Shown here: positions 46,801 through 58,648 of the stretch, piece after piece
Layout of the letters: every line of letters begins with the position of its first letter
Numbering within the stretch: the stretch's first letter is position 1
Assembly (NCBI GenBank): GCA_043228905.1
Contig: JBHGNT010000004.1
Location: forward strand, 10,664,001-10,728,000
Source of the DNA: Azolla caroliniana
Lineage: Eukaryota > Plantae > Polypodiophyta
Reading direction: 5' to 3'
DNA: 64,000 nucleotides
The notes under the pieces: generated by a model
The model's database searches: none
The model's input: the letters and a program-made list of their open reading frames with translations, nothing else
What the model was told of the DNA's origin: nothing
Program-made: the position numbers and the translations under genes

Positions 46801-48137
46801 CGAAAGGGTGGCACCTCCACCAGATGGATGTCAAGAACGCTTTTCTTCAAGGCGAATTAGAAGAGGAGGTGTACATGGTACAACCACCCGGCTTCGAATC
46901 TAACATTCATCCGAAATCCATCTGCCGACTCAAGAAGCCTCTCTACGGCCTTAAGCAAGCACCACGTGCTTGGCACTCAAAGATAACACAATATCTTCAT
47001 CGAATCGGCTTCCGAATGTCAAAATCCGACAATTCTCTCCATGTAAGAAGCGATTCCGAAAGTCCAATCGTCATCATCTTGTACATGGATGATCTGGTCA
47101 TTGGAGGTGAGCATCTAGTCGACATCAACAAGGTCAAATCCCTCCTTTCCAACATTTTCGAGATGATGGACATGAAAGAGCTCCACTACTTCCTTAGCAT
47201 CGAGGTAATTTGGACTCCAACCGGGATTATGATCTCCCAACGACACTACATTCTCAACTTGTTATACAAGTTCGGGATGACTAAGTGCAAGTGTGTGGCA
47301 ACACCTCTCAATCGAAACCTCAAACTAGATGCCAATTCCGACACCATAGAGTGTGAGCCGACTCAGTATCGACAACTGATCGGTAGTCTTATCTACCTCA
47401 CGATCACTCGACCAAACATAATCTATCCAGTCGGCCTTCTTAGCGAGTTCATGCAAACGCCACGAGATATCCATTTGGATTGTGCTAAGAGAGTGCTACG
47501 ATACCTGAGCGGAATGATGGACTATGACATTCTCTATAAGTCGGCCACACCAATTCAATTCGAGGGGTACACAGATGCCGATTGGGCAGGCTACAAAGCC
47601 GACCGACGATCAACCTCTGGTTTCGTCTTCTCCCTCGGAAGTGGAGCCATCTCCTGGAGTAGCAAGAATCAACCAACCATTGCTCTTTCGAGCACAGAGG
47701 CCGAATACAGGGGCGCGACGATGGCTGCATGTGAAGCCGTATGGCTTAAGAGGATATTGAAGGATTTGGGCGTTCTCATCAAATATCCAATTCCCCTTTA
47801 CTGCGACAACATGAGTAGAATTTATCTAGCTCGGAACCCCGTGTTCCATGCACGCATGAAGCATATCGAAGTGCACTATCACTTCATTCGAGAGCGCGTT
47901 CAAGCTGGCGATGTCGACCTTCAAAATATCGCTACGAATCTTCAGACAGCTGACATCTTCACCAAAGCCCTAGGAGGCAACAAGCTTCGGCAATTCTTGT
48001 CAGACCTTGGATTGATAGTCCCTGACTTGCCAGGCTTGAGGGGGAGTACAAGCGAAAACCGGATACCGTCCGAACCGGATACGAGCCGAAGTGGACATCA
48101 ACCGAAATAGCTGACCAAAGTTGAGCTTGAGGGGGCG

Positions 48138-48441
48138 TGTTGAGAATCAAGCTCAACCTAGTCTAGTGTGTGAACACACTCTTGAGAGCATGCACTCAAA
48201 GGTCAAAAGTCACCACTCTTATCTACACATTAACTATGTGTCATAGAATCATATTCTATGACACATAACTAATGAGTTTTCACATTCCCCATGACCCATG
48301 AGCTTCGGTGGTTAATGAAGCGAGAGAGTGACTATATAAAGCACTCTCCTCCTACTTTGTAATCAAGATTGGTTAATCTCCTTTGTAATATACATCGTCT
48401 TGAGTATTCTATTGTTTTTTCAAATCTATCTATCTTGTGTT

Positions 48442-48476
<35 letters not shown>

Positions 48477-48541
48477 CACACACTCACAACACATATCTCT
48501 AGTCTATTCCGATGCACAAGAATCACCATCGATTCTTTACA
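48138..48541 (+). repeat. H 3' LTR (404 bp)
   Basis: Matches the joined pieces 17436-17529, 18271-18395 and 29074-29262. Confidence 0.92.
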
Positions 48542-48546
48542 TGAAC

Positions 48547-50191
48547 TCATGGAATTTTTGGCGACACAACAGATCAAGGTGTCCTAGAGAATGGCCAAGG
48601 ACCACGCGGAACAGTAAATGATTGAGCGTGTGCTGACAAGAATGGCGGAAAGTGAAGATGCAGGACCCCTCGCCAAGATAGGCAGGCAGCGGAACGCAAG
48701 GATTCGCCGCATGGGCATTGAATTACCCCCATTCAATATGGCCCTTGTCAAAGTACATAGGGAGTTGGTCACAGTCAGTATGGGAGCCAAAGATATGGCT
48801 ATCAAAAATAAAAATGTCTGGAAAAAAGTCAAGCTGACTCAAGCCCAACTACAAAAGGCCCAAGAGCGCATTGCGGAATTAGAACGCACCACAACTACGG
48901 CGCAGCAAAACCCCAGACTGGCATCCAGTGATGACGCATCAACGACTTTACGGGAGGAGGTCAAAGCACAAACCGCCATCACCGCAAAAGCAAAAAGAGC
49001 TACGCAGTTAGCCAAGTCCGAGATTGACCGCCTCCGCGCAGAACTTCGCCAATCATTAGACAAAGAAAAGGATATTTGGGCAAAAGGACAAAGGGTAGTG
49101 AAAGCACTGGAGGATAAGCTCGAGACGGAGACAATAGCGCATACCCACACAAAAGAAGAAAACAGAAAGTTGTGTGAGGAAGCCCAAAAGACAGAAGTCG
49201 TTATCACGGGACTCCGAGAGTGATTGGAAAAGAAGAAAGCATGGTACGACGAACAGCTCGTGCGAGAACGAGAACTGAAGCATCAGGTAGAAGTCCGCTT
49301 GAACAATGAAATGGGCCAGCTCGAGGAACTACACTTGAAAGAATCCCAGATATGGGCAAAGATGAAGAGCCTCTATGAGGAAGTGGCTATGACCAATAAG
49401 CGTAAAATCGAAAACCTCAAGAAAGCCCTAGACGAAATGCAAACCCGCTCCCAAACGATAATGGACAATGTATGCATTCTTCTTCAAACAAATCGCGAGC
49501 GGGTTACGACACAGTTGAAAGCGGCGTTGGACAAAGGATGGACGGTGTGGGCAATGCAAGCAATAGAATTGCACACTTATCGGGCGAACTAGGAGAACCG
49601 ACGAAAAGAAGGCAGAGGCTTCCACAAGCTCAATGAGGAAAGCATTGCGGTAGTACACGAGGACCTCGCGCAAGACTATCGCATGCTAGCGGACCAACAC
49701 TCCGAAGAACTCACGCAGTTATTGGAAGATTTCGGGGAAAGTCAAGAAGACATTTTCCGCCGGCTAATGGAATCCGCAACGAACAACAGAGGATGGAGAC
49801 AATTGCGGTACCAGACAACGATTCCGCCGAACAAGATGAGCCTCAGCCTAATTCGAATAACCCACCAGAGGTGACCACTACGCTTGTCCACGCTATGGAA
49901 GATACGGACAGGGAAGAGCCCCGTCCGACTACTTGCCCACAGACTGAAGAGCCAATGTCATAACCACGAAGGAATGATACGGACACCGAACCAACTGAGC
50001 CGGCCCTGATCACACGGAGTAAAGATGAGAACATGGGAACTCACACACCGGCCGAGCGTGGTGACGTGGACGACACACAATTGGATGAGGCAGTCGAGCA
50101 GAACAACGAAGCACCTACGGATGTCACACCGTCTCCGGACCATGTCTTACAGACGGAGTCGAACATCCTAGACATCTTGAACTATGAGTAG
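48547..50191 (+). pseudogene. C extra 3' ORF, C-terminal coiled-coil part
   Basis: E/K/Q/R-rich ORFs 48618-49592 and 49683-49874; ENRRKEGRGF and QLLEDF motifs shared with D. Confidence 0.75.
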
Positions 50192-50219
50192 ATGGACGGG
50201 CCCGACGTGCCATGGCACT

Positions 50220-50236
50220 GTCCCACAAGCGTGCCA
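50220..50236 (-). promoter_or_regulatory. Inverted tRNA-Arg(UCU) PBS at the PPT position of C
   Basis: Plus strand GTCCCACAAGCGTGCCA, then AG, then LTR TGTTGTCC at 50239. Confidence 0.8.
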
Positions 50237-50843
50237 AGTGTTGTCCGCCGGACCTAACGCTTAAACGAATAGAATATATTATTAGAAGCGTTAAAGAAAC
50301 ACATGTAACGGTTCACGCTAGGAGCGTAACGGACTAAAAGCCTTGTGTATATAAAGGACGGAAATCCTCTATAATGGGGGAGCGTGTATTTTGAGAACTA
50401 CCTTATTATAGATCATAGTACTAATGTAAGCTTAAGATAAGGATAATGAAAGATAGATAGAAAGGAGAAAGAGAAAGAAGGGTGCCGATCCACCCGACCA
50501 CCCCCGAGCGAAGGGATCGAGACGGACTCGAGCCTCGATCGGCGTCCCATACCACCGCCGTGGCGTCGAGTCGTACCTGGTGCTGGCGCACTCGCTACAA
50601 GAGTTGACCCACCACACGAGCAGAGTCTCGATGTAGTCAAAAGATGATCAAATGAGGGTAGCTAGGCCTCTTATTTATAGCGAAACCCAAGGCCCCCAGG
50701 CAAGTTCACACTTGACCTAATGGGTTGTCTCAATCCCGAGGATTAAAAGTAATCCTCCCCTTCTTTACACTCTCATTTAACCCTCACACTTATCCACGTG
50801 TATAGAATACTACGGTAAATTCTTACCACGGGATATTATATGG

Positions 50844-53800
50844 TCATGCCCGTAACATACTCCCCCTCTTTAAAACATTGCACTCTTGCAATGGAAAGTT
50901 AGGGAAGTTAGTTCTAAGAGTATTTTCGCGTTCCCATGTGGCATCTTTTATTGATTTATCCATCCATTTTATTTTGAATTCTCGGATTTCTTTAGTACGT
51001 AATTTTTTTGTTTTAACATCGAGAATTCTTTCTGGTACATGTGGTTTAGAAGATAATTCTTCAGAAGTAACCAGAGTTTCAGTCGTAACTGTATTGTCGC
51101 CAGAACCTAGAAGTTCTTTTAGACGACTCACATGAAAGACTGGATGAATTCCGACACCATCGGGAAGAGCGAGACGATAGGCTGATGACCCAATTCGTTT
51201 GAGGACTGTAAAAGGTCCACAAAACCGTGGGGCTAACTTAGCGCACTTACCCGTAGACAATGTCTTAGAATTGTGAGGTACACGTAAAAATACCTTCTGT
51301 CCAGGGTTGAATACACGAGGTTGCCTATGATGATCGGCATAAAAACGCGCTCTATCTTGAGCTGTTTTTATATTATCTCGTGCAATATGCAACATATCTT
51401 GCATATCCCGAAGAAAGTTTTGTGTACTTCGCAACTCATCATGATGTATATTAACATCAATCGGGGCTCGTGGCTGAAAACCATACATCAACATAAAAGG
51501 ACTATATCCCGTCGACGTATGCTTGGAGCTGTTATAAGCAAACTCCAAAATTGGGAGATAACGTTCCCATTTTGTTGGTTTTGCACCAACGTATGCTCGA
51601 AGCATGTCCTCAATAATTTGATTTACTCGTTCTGTCTGTCCATCGGATTGAGGATGATCCGTGGAGCTCATGCTCAACGTAGTTTCTAACTTCTTAAAGA
51701 CTTGCGTCCAGAAGTCACTAGTAAACTTTGGATCTCGATCACTCACGATATCCATCGGTAACCCATAAAAACGAAACAATTCGTCAACAAATTGGTAAGC
51801 CAATTCAGGAGCTGTTACCGTGGTTTTAGTAGCAATAAATCTGGCCATTTTAGTTAGTCGATCAACGACAACCCAGATGGCATCATGACCTTTTTGGGTG
51901 CGAGGAAGGCTAACAATAAAATCCATGGATATACTTTCCCACTTATTATTGGGAATGTCCAGGGGATGTAAAAGTCCTGCGGCTTTAAGTCGCTCGGCTT
52001 TGTTAACCTGACACTGGTGACATTTAGTCACATAGCTATGTATGTCAGGACGCATCTTAGGCCAATAAAATTGAGTGGAGATGAGAACGAGTGTACGATG
52101 TATTCCAGGGTGCCCTGCTGAGGGTGCATCATGGCATTCAAAAAGAATCCTCTTTTTGACCTCGGGTAAATCTGGAACACAAACCTTCCCATTACGGTAG
52201 AGCAAACCGTTAGCAATGTGGAAGTATTCCTTCAAGGATATGGTGGTGTCTGTTCCAGACTCAACTCTTGCCCAGTATTTTGCGAAATAACTGTCATCAG
52301 GATACTTTCCTCGAAGGTGATCATAAAGATCTGATGATATTTCAGTGAAGCTAAGCGTGTTAACTTCACGGATGCGACTTAGTGCATCAGCGACAATGTT
52401 CATGGAACCTTTACGATATCGTATGGAAAAATCAAAGTCCTGGATGAGATCAGCCCATCGTGCCTTACGACCTTTCAGGTCTTGTTGGTCACAAAAATAT
52501 TTCAAGGACTCGTGGTCCGTAGTTACCACAAAGTGATTTCCATAAAGATAATGGCGCCATGTTTTGAGCGCATGTATAACTGCAAATAATTCCTTTTCTT
52601 GAACGGTATACCGACATTGAGCAGAATCAAGTTTCTTACTCTCGAATGCTATTGGTTTACCATCTTGATACAAGACAGCACCTATAGCATAATCGCTTGC
52701 ATCGGTTTCAACCTCAAAAGGTTTTGAAGGATCGGGTAAAAGAAGTGAAGGAGCCTTGCAAACCAGGTCCTTGAGTTCCTTAAAGGCAAGGTCTAGTGTA
52801 GCATTCCACACAATAGGTTTTGTAGACTTACGCGTTTGACCTTTTAAAAGATCAGTAAACGGCATCGTCAATTGGGAGTAATTACGAAGAGACTTTCGCA
52901 AAAACCCCACAAAACCAAGGAATGATCGAACTTCTCGAATATTCCGAAGAGTGGGCCAAAGCTTGATTTTCTCAATGCGAGAAGGATCAATTTCAACTCC
53001 TCGTTCGGTTATGAGATGTCCTAGATAAGTAATTGATTTCTTGAAGAACTCACATTTTGAGATCTTCACATAAAACTGTTTGTCACGCAATGTTTGTAAA
53101 ACAAAGCGGACATGTCTAGCATGTTCTTGTAATGTACGGCTATAAACTAAAATATCATCCAGGAAAATAACGACAAATTTTCCCAGTTGTTCTCGGAAAA
53201 TGTCATTCATTTCTTGTTGAAAAGTAGCCGGAGCATTGGTCAAACCAAAAGGCATAATCAAAAACTCGTAATGGCCATAGCGCGTACGAAATGCCGTTTT
53301 AGGAACATCGTCCTCACTTATTCGTATTTGATGGTAGCCCGTACGGAGATCAAGTTTTGTAAAATACCGAGCTCCCTGGAGACGGTCAATTAGATCGTCA
53401 GCCCGGGGCAATGGATACGAATTCTTGATCGTCACTTTATTCAAGCGTCGGTAATTAATACACATACGCCATGTGCCCTCTTTCTTTTTAACCAAGAGAA
53501 CGGGTGCACCCCATGGAGATTTACTATAACGTATATAACCCATTCGTAAATAGTCCTTGAGTTGCTTAGATACCTCATCTTCTTCGAATCGACTTAAGCG
53601 ATACGGAGGTATACTTATTGGTGCAACACCAGGTACAATATCTATACGATGGTCTATATTACGTTTAGGAGGTAACCCATCAGGTAGTTCACTTGGAAAA
53701 ACATCATGAAAATCATTTAAGATTTCATCAAGTTGTTGTTGTTCAAAATATGTTAATTGAATCGGGACATTATCGATATTGTAAACGTGAATGTCCGGAT

Positions 53801-55277
53801 CAAGTACACAATAAAATAACGTAGAACAAGACAACTCAGATATTGATGGACACGAGGAAACAATCGAGAGGGATTGTTTTTTTACACATTGAATAAAATG
53901 CGTACAATCGTTCAGTACAAAAGAAATGGAATGATGAACCCAATCAATAAATAAAGAAGAGTTTTTATTATAAAACCAGGGATAACCCAGTATTACATCG
54001 GTGGTACAAAGATTCATTACATGGAAGTGTACTTCCTCTATATAAGTATCAATAGAAATTCCTAATGAATGAATCGCCCCGTTGATGTATTGTACTCTTC
54101 CATCAGCCAAGTGCACCGTGTAGGTGTGATCACTTACGGTGGGTTGGATTCCCCATATCTGAACCAAACGATCATTCACAAAATTGTGTGAGCTTCCCGA
54201 ATCAAATAAAAATTGTACGGGAGATCCATTGATATACCCGTTTGCACGTAGTAAATCATTGGGACCCAATACATAGTGAGGGAAAGAACATTGACAATTA
54301 CTTAAATGATGTGTATAGACCTGAAGGACATTAGGAATCTGACCTTTATGGTCTGCAGCTTTAGCTTTGTTGTCGTGCTCTTTCCGTTGGAGCTTTCGAC
54401 ATTGATCTTTTGTATGACCCTTCTTTTTGCAGAATACACAAAAAGGATGTTGTCGCTTACAATCGCGATCCAGGAATTCGTTGGGTGTCTTGCGTTTCCC
54501 AACAAATTGCGACTGCTTAGTCCCGGGCGCTTCGTTGGGTTTGTTATGGTCCTTCTTCGAAGTGCGTTGATAGCGAAGAACTATTTCAACGGCCTCTTCG
54601 AAGGATTTTGGATCCTTATCGTGCACTATCCAGTGATAGTCCGAATTGGGGATGCCATTGACAAAGCAAGCTATCAACCAATTGTCCCCTTCTAGACCCG
54701 ATTTTTGGATTTGGGTTCTAGCATGGTGAACATAGTCTTCTAGCGAGGAAAATTTCCTGCTAGAGAGGTTCATTAAAGCTTGTGCTGCCTCGGTTCGAGA
54801 GGGAGGTTGCAGAAATTGGCCCTTAAAAACCGTGACAAAATCTGTCCAGGTATCGGGCAATTTCCCCATAGTACGGAGGCCACGCCACCAGGCGGCGGCC
54901 TTACCCCCAAGTTCTCGGCCGACATATGCAATCTTCGTACTATCTGGCGTGGGATAGAGCTCAAAATGAGACTCCCATCGTCCCAGCCATGTGCAGATTG
55001 CTTCTTCGGTTCTTTCCTTTTTGTCTCCCGTAAATGGCTTAACGACAAATGATGGTTCACCTTGTCGCTCATCAGGTCTATTAGTCTCACGTTGTAGACT
55101 AATGACACGTGCCTCAAGAGCACTCTGAGATTGCCGAAGTTCGGTCATCTGTTGAGCGGTGAAACTAAGGTATTGGGTTATTTGTGCCAAATACATCTCA
55201 GTGGACATTTGTCCAGGAGGATTCCCTTGAGTTCCTTCCGCTTGAGCGGATGACATCGGGTCGTTAATTTGAGCCAT
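50844..55277 (-). CDS. K gag-pol polyprotein with C-terminal chromodomain (1477 aa)
   Basis: CCHC knuckle, [36 protein letters not shown] motif, PERILD...IKW...ATWE. Confidence 0.96.
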   Translation of the reverse strand: MAQINDPMSSAQAEGTQGNPPGQMSTEMYLAQITQYLSFTAQQMTELRQSQSALEARVISLQRETNRPDERQGEPSFVVKPFTGDKKERTEEAICTWLGRWESHFELYPTPDSTKIAYVGRELGGKAAAWWRGLRTMGKLPDTWTDFVTVFKGQFLQPPSRTEAAQALMNLSSRKFSSLEDYVHHARTQIQKSGLEGDNWLIACFVNGIPNSDYHWIVHDKDPKSFEEAVEIVLRYQRTSKKDHNKPNEAPGTKQSQFVGKRKTPNEFLDRDCKRQHPFCVFCKKKGHTKDQCRKLQRKEHDNKAKAADHKGQIPNVLQVYTHHLSNCQCSFPHYVLGPNDLLRANGYINGSPVQFLFDSGSSHNFVNDRLVQIWGIQPTVSDHTYTVHLADGRVQYINGAIHSLGISIDTYIEEVHFHVMNLCTTDVILGYPWFYNKNSSLFIDWVHHSISFVLNDCTHFIQCVKKQSLSIVSSCPSISELSCSTLFYCVLDPDIHVYNIDNVPIQLTYFEQQQLDEILNDFHDVFPSELPDGLPPKRNIDHRIDIVPGVAPISIPPYRLSRFEEDEVSKQLKDYLRMGYIRYSKSPWGAPVLLVKKKEGTWRMCINYRRLNKVTIKNSYPLPRADDLIDRLQGARYFTKLDLRTGYHQIRISEDDVPKTAFRTRYGHYEFLIMPFGLTNAPATFQQEMNDIFREQLGKFVVIFLDDILVYSRTLQEHARHVRFVLQTLRDKQFYVKISKCEFFKKSITYLGHLITERGVEIDPSRIEKIKLWPTLRNIREVRSFLGFVGFLRKSLRNYSQLTMPFTDLLKGQTRKSTKPIVWNATLDLAFKELKDLVCKAPSLLLPDPSKPFEVETDASDYAIGAVLYQDGKPIAFESKKLDSAQCRYTVQEKELFAVIHALKTWRHYLYGNHFVVTTDHESLKYFCDQQDLKGRKARWADLIQDFDFSIRYRKGSMNIVADALSRIREVNTLSFTEISSDLYDHLRGKYPDDSYFAKYWARVESGTDTTISLKEYFHIANGLLYRNGKVCVPDLPEVKKRILFECHDAPSAGHPGIHRTLVLISTQFYWPKMRPDIHSYVTKCHQCQVNKAERLKAAGLLHPLDIPNNKWESISMDFIVSLPRTQKGHDAIWVVVDRLTKMARFIATKTTVTAPELAYQFVDELFRFYGLPMDIVSDRDPKFTSDFWTQVFKKLETTLSMSSTDHPQSDGQTERVNQIIEDMLRAYVGAKPTKWERYLPILEFAYNSSKHTSTGYSPFMLMYGFQPRAPIDVNIHHDELRSTQNFLRDMQDMLHIARDNIKTAQDRARFYADHHRQPRVFNPGQKVFLRVPHNSKTLSTGKCAKLAPRFCGPFTVLKRIGSSAYRLALPDGVGIHPVFHVSRLKELLGSGDNTVTTETLVTSEELSSKPHVPERILDVKTKKLRTKEIREFKIKWMDKSIKDATWERENTLRTNFPNFPLQECNVLKRGSMLRA

Positions 55278-56454
55278 TAAAGATTATTTCTGGAAAAGAA
55301 ATAGGATAAGGTCAGAGATATAGTCATAACATCTTGTCGTGATGTAAACATATCATGGGCGAGCATTAATCGATATCATTATCTCACGTCAATACCCCTC
55401 TAGACGTATGAGATGAGGTTCAAGATCAGGTTACTATGGTAACACAAAGGTGTTTTAAAAACCATGGGGGTGACAAATAAATGTCTTTCCCTGATCTCTA
55501 TATCAATTTTTTCATGGTGGCTCCCCGAGGCTCAACCATGTATGTTCGCGTCATGAATAGTTTATACACGAAAAAAAATGTTAACAATAAACTATGTTTC
55601 GGTGCCCACATAAGTGGTTTCGGCTCTTTAAGTCCTATTACGAGGACCCCGAGGTGCACTTAGACCTTAAGTCTAAACATGTGTTATAGTCATATGTATC
55701 AAGGATGTTGTATGGTCTTGGTCATATTTGAACTCGAGACCTCGAGAACAAATACATTAAACACTTGAGCCAACCTAGTAAGTTGCTCTTCTCGAATGCT
55801 TAATGTTTGATGCGTAAAAGAGATATGCGAGGCAATTGATCATATACGTTTTTTTAAAAGAACATATATGTCAAGGTCCTTATTTCGCCCTCATTTACCA
55901 AAACTATGTTGATACGTTACCTAACCTCAAGTCTCGTAATTACGATGGCATATGCCAAAGGGCAACCTAATGGTCAAGCCAAATGAGCCCTCGTTTCGTA
56001 GTAGGCTCACGTGGGCCATCACATGGTCACGTCATTACGAATGCCTCTCGTAAGAACGAGCTCATGGTGGCATCGTATCCATGTAACGAGGGAGGGATGT
56101 TGGATACGTGCGTCATTGGAGCGACCTCACTTGAAGTGGGTCAAGCCCTACGTACTCAACATCATTTTGGCTATTGCGTTTCTTTACGTAACGAAATCGA
56201 GGTCGTCAATGGGGTTATCAACAATAAAAAAATGTTGAAAAAGGGATGGTGACAACGCCATTCTCACAAAAATGTGAGGACGGCCACCAACATCCTTTTC
56301 CCGATCATGACAACTTTCGATATAATCACGTAATAACGAATATACACATATGGTTACTTATCACATATATACGATCAAATACGTATATATGTGACCACAT
56401 ATGCCTATATTCAACATATCGTTATAGTAAATAGCCACAAATGATGTGATCGAG

Positions 56455-56720
56455 ATACGTAATCGAGGTATATACCTCTACGCACACGAAACATCCACAA
56501 ATAAGAGATCATCGTAATACGCAATGGAGGTATTGACCTCTTACGCATACGAGACCAAACGCATATCGTTTACAACAAATCAAGGTATTAAACTCATACG
56601 CAAACGTAACATATGTTCGTGAACGTAATACGTAATTGAGGTATTAACCTCGTACGCATACGACACTCATCACATATTATTAATATGTCAAACAAGGTAT
56701 TGACCTCGTGCACATATGTA
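56455..56720. repeat. Five degenerate 55-62-bp repeats with a GAGGT-N4-ACCTC core in the K leader
   Basis: Cores at about 56465, 56527, 56582, 56638, 56694. Confidence 0.75.
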
Positions 56721-57713
56721 AACGTTTTAAATAATCAATTAAAGACCACTACAACATCATTGACTTAATGAAAAAAATTACATATAAACTAAACACATGA
56801 TTAGATGGGAGAAGAGAGAATAGAAAGAAAAATTATGGAAAGAGTTACCGAAGTTCTTTGTTGATCGTTGTCTGGATCAAGGCCAACCGCACAACGATCG
56901 ATCAGCATCAATCAAAAGACAAATGAAAAACAAAGAAACATTAGTACAAAAATCTGATACCAAATATTATAGATCATAGTACTAATGTAAGCTTAAGATA
57001 AGGATAATGAAAGATAGATAGAAAGGAGAAAGAGAAAGAAGGGTGCCGATCCACCCGACCACCCCCGAGCGAAGGGATCGAGACGGACTCGAGCCTCGAT
57101 CGGCGTCCCATACCACCGCCGTGGCGTCGAGTCGTACCTGGTGCTGGCGCGCTCGCTACAAGAGTTGACCCACCACACGAGCAGAGTCTCGATGTAGTCA
57201 AAAGATGATCAAATGAGGGTAGCTAGGCCTCTTATTTATAGCGAAACCCAAGGCCCCCAGGCAAGTTCACACTTGACCTAATGGGTTGTCTCAATCCCGA
57301 GGATTAAAAGTAATCCTCCCCTTCTTTACACTCTCATTTAACCCTCACACTTATCCACGTGTATAGAATACTACGGTAAATTCTTACCACGGGATATTAT
57401 ATGGTCATGCCCGTAACATACCTTCTGTAATATAGTACTATCTTCTCTGATTCCCTTGTCTGTGCAAATTGTCTACTGATTCGGTGTAGTACTCTGTTGG
57501 TAACTGTAGGCTAGTAAGCGTAGGGTAAGTGTGCATATGAGATCACACACTGGTGAGGTTCGGTTGTAGCCGTCTCCCTTTACACCCCAACGATATGCTT
57601 TGCTTTGTAAGCCTATTACGATTCATGCACATACGGATCTATTCCTTGCACCGCAATCACCTTGAAGTCTACCTCGAAGGACTAAGAGTAGACCGTGTTC
57701 CTAATCAGTAACA

Positions 57714-57832
57714 TTCTTCAGGTACCTAGATAGTTCATAGAGATTACAATAAAGTGTGTATACACACTTTTTCACACATCGTGCTTTTCTCCATAAGAAT
57801 TTGTTCACACAAGTTGAGCTTGATTCTCGACA
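57714..57832 (-). repeat. B 5' LTR, remainder including terminus
   Basis: Begins with the second TTCTT copy; minus-strand terminus TGTCGAGAATCAAGCTCAAC. Confidence 0.6.
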
Positions 57833-58648
57833 AATCCAAATAGTTAAGGACACAATAACTATTCCTCAGTATCCGTTTATATACAAATATTCAGGTGGAT
57901 TTAAATTTCATAGATAGCAATAAGCCAAGGTTAGTAATAATATCCAAAGTTACAATAGGAAAACCCTTTTACATACGACATGAGGAAGTCAAGAGTAAGA
58001 TGAAACATTAAGTAGTGGGCATTGAATGGAAAGAATTTGCTCTAGTTTCAATGTGGCCTTCCATGCCTTTTGTTGTCGCTAATCTTTGACACACCCTCAT
58101 TTGACTAATTCTTCCCAAATTGTTGTTCACCCTCGAACCTCCTCCAACCAACAAAGTAGAATCCTTAGACACCACTCATGAAGAAGATGAAGAAACTCAA
58201 AAGCTTGGCAACAAAGTAGAAGAATTGCAACCGTAGCCACAACCCCAACCCCAACACAACCAAAAATCCAACTCAAAAATCGGAAGCGAAATTGGAAACC
58301 CTGAATTTCATAACCAAGAACTCTCCAACTCTTGTCCCAGCCTCCCCAACATCGTACTCGTAATCTAGGACCCCCACAATGCACATCAAAAGGATAGAAA
58401 GAAAAGAAAAAGCTCACAAATTCCAAATGGGGGGGAAGTTTGTCTCTTCTTCCTCCTTTTATTAGCTAAAACACGGAAATTATCTTCGATTTGTCTAAAA
58501 GAGTAAAGTAAGCTCTACGTGTTCGAGGCAACTGCTTTGGGTCTGGGATGTATATATGTACTTATAGTGCGGGGCTACATCCTTGCTCTGTGCAGGGAAC
58601 GACGAGAACGACGTAACAGCAGAGCTAGATCAATGCTCTGTGCGGGAA

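Larger units (their letters stand above)
29418..48110 (+). pseudogene. H gag-pol, interrupted by D (29812-44390)
   Basis: gag NFASWEYKM...IKEL|RDSLGS; integrase VHSDV; RT-RNase H ORF 46245-48110. Confidence 0.88.
17436..48541 (+). mobile_element. Element H: degenerate Ty1/copia retrotransposon hosting I, F and D
   Basis: 5' LTR 17436-29262 (split by I and F); 3' LTR 48138-48541; TSD CGAAC/TGAAC; PBS TGGTATCAGAGC 29263-29274; PPT GAGGGGG about 48129-48135. Confidence 0.93.
50404..57418 (-). mobile_element. Element K: intact, very young Ty3/gypsy chromovirus
   Basis: 454-bp LTRs 56965-57418 and 50404-50857 with one substitution seen; TSD TACCT; Met PBS TGGTATCAGA 56953-56962; PPT AAGAGGGGGAG about 50860-50870. 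Confidence 0.96.
7991..57713 (+). mobile_element. Element C: Ty3/gypsy non-chromovirus (Athila/Tat-like RT), gag/protease missing, with extra 3' ORF
   Basis: LTRs 7991-8445 and 50239-57713 (split by K), TGTTGTCC...GTAACA; perfect TSD TTCTT; RT FLDGFSGYNQ/FLDD, RNase H, integrase WGLDFVGP. Confidence 0.92.
1..57832 (-). mobile_element. Element B: outermost degenerate Ty1/copia retrotransposon, continuing left of the window; host of the whole nest
   Basis: Minus-strand gag/pol remnants at 1-670 and 6983-7304 join as IRRL|FNMKM across insertion A. Degenerate Met PBS at 7410-7419. LTR at about 7422-7990 resumes at 57714 after the TTCTT TSD and ends ...ATTCTCGACA at 57832. Confidence 0.75.

Noticed and set aside
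57833-58560. ORF 58127-58426 or a further TE remnant
   Set aside because: No recognisable domain, termini or TSD.
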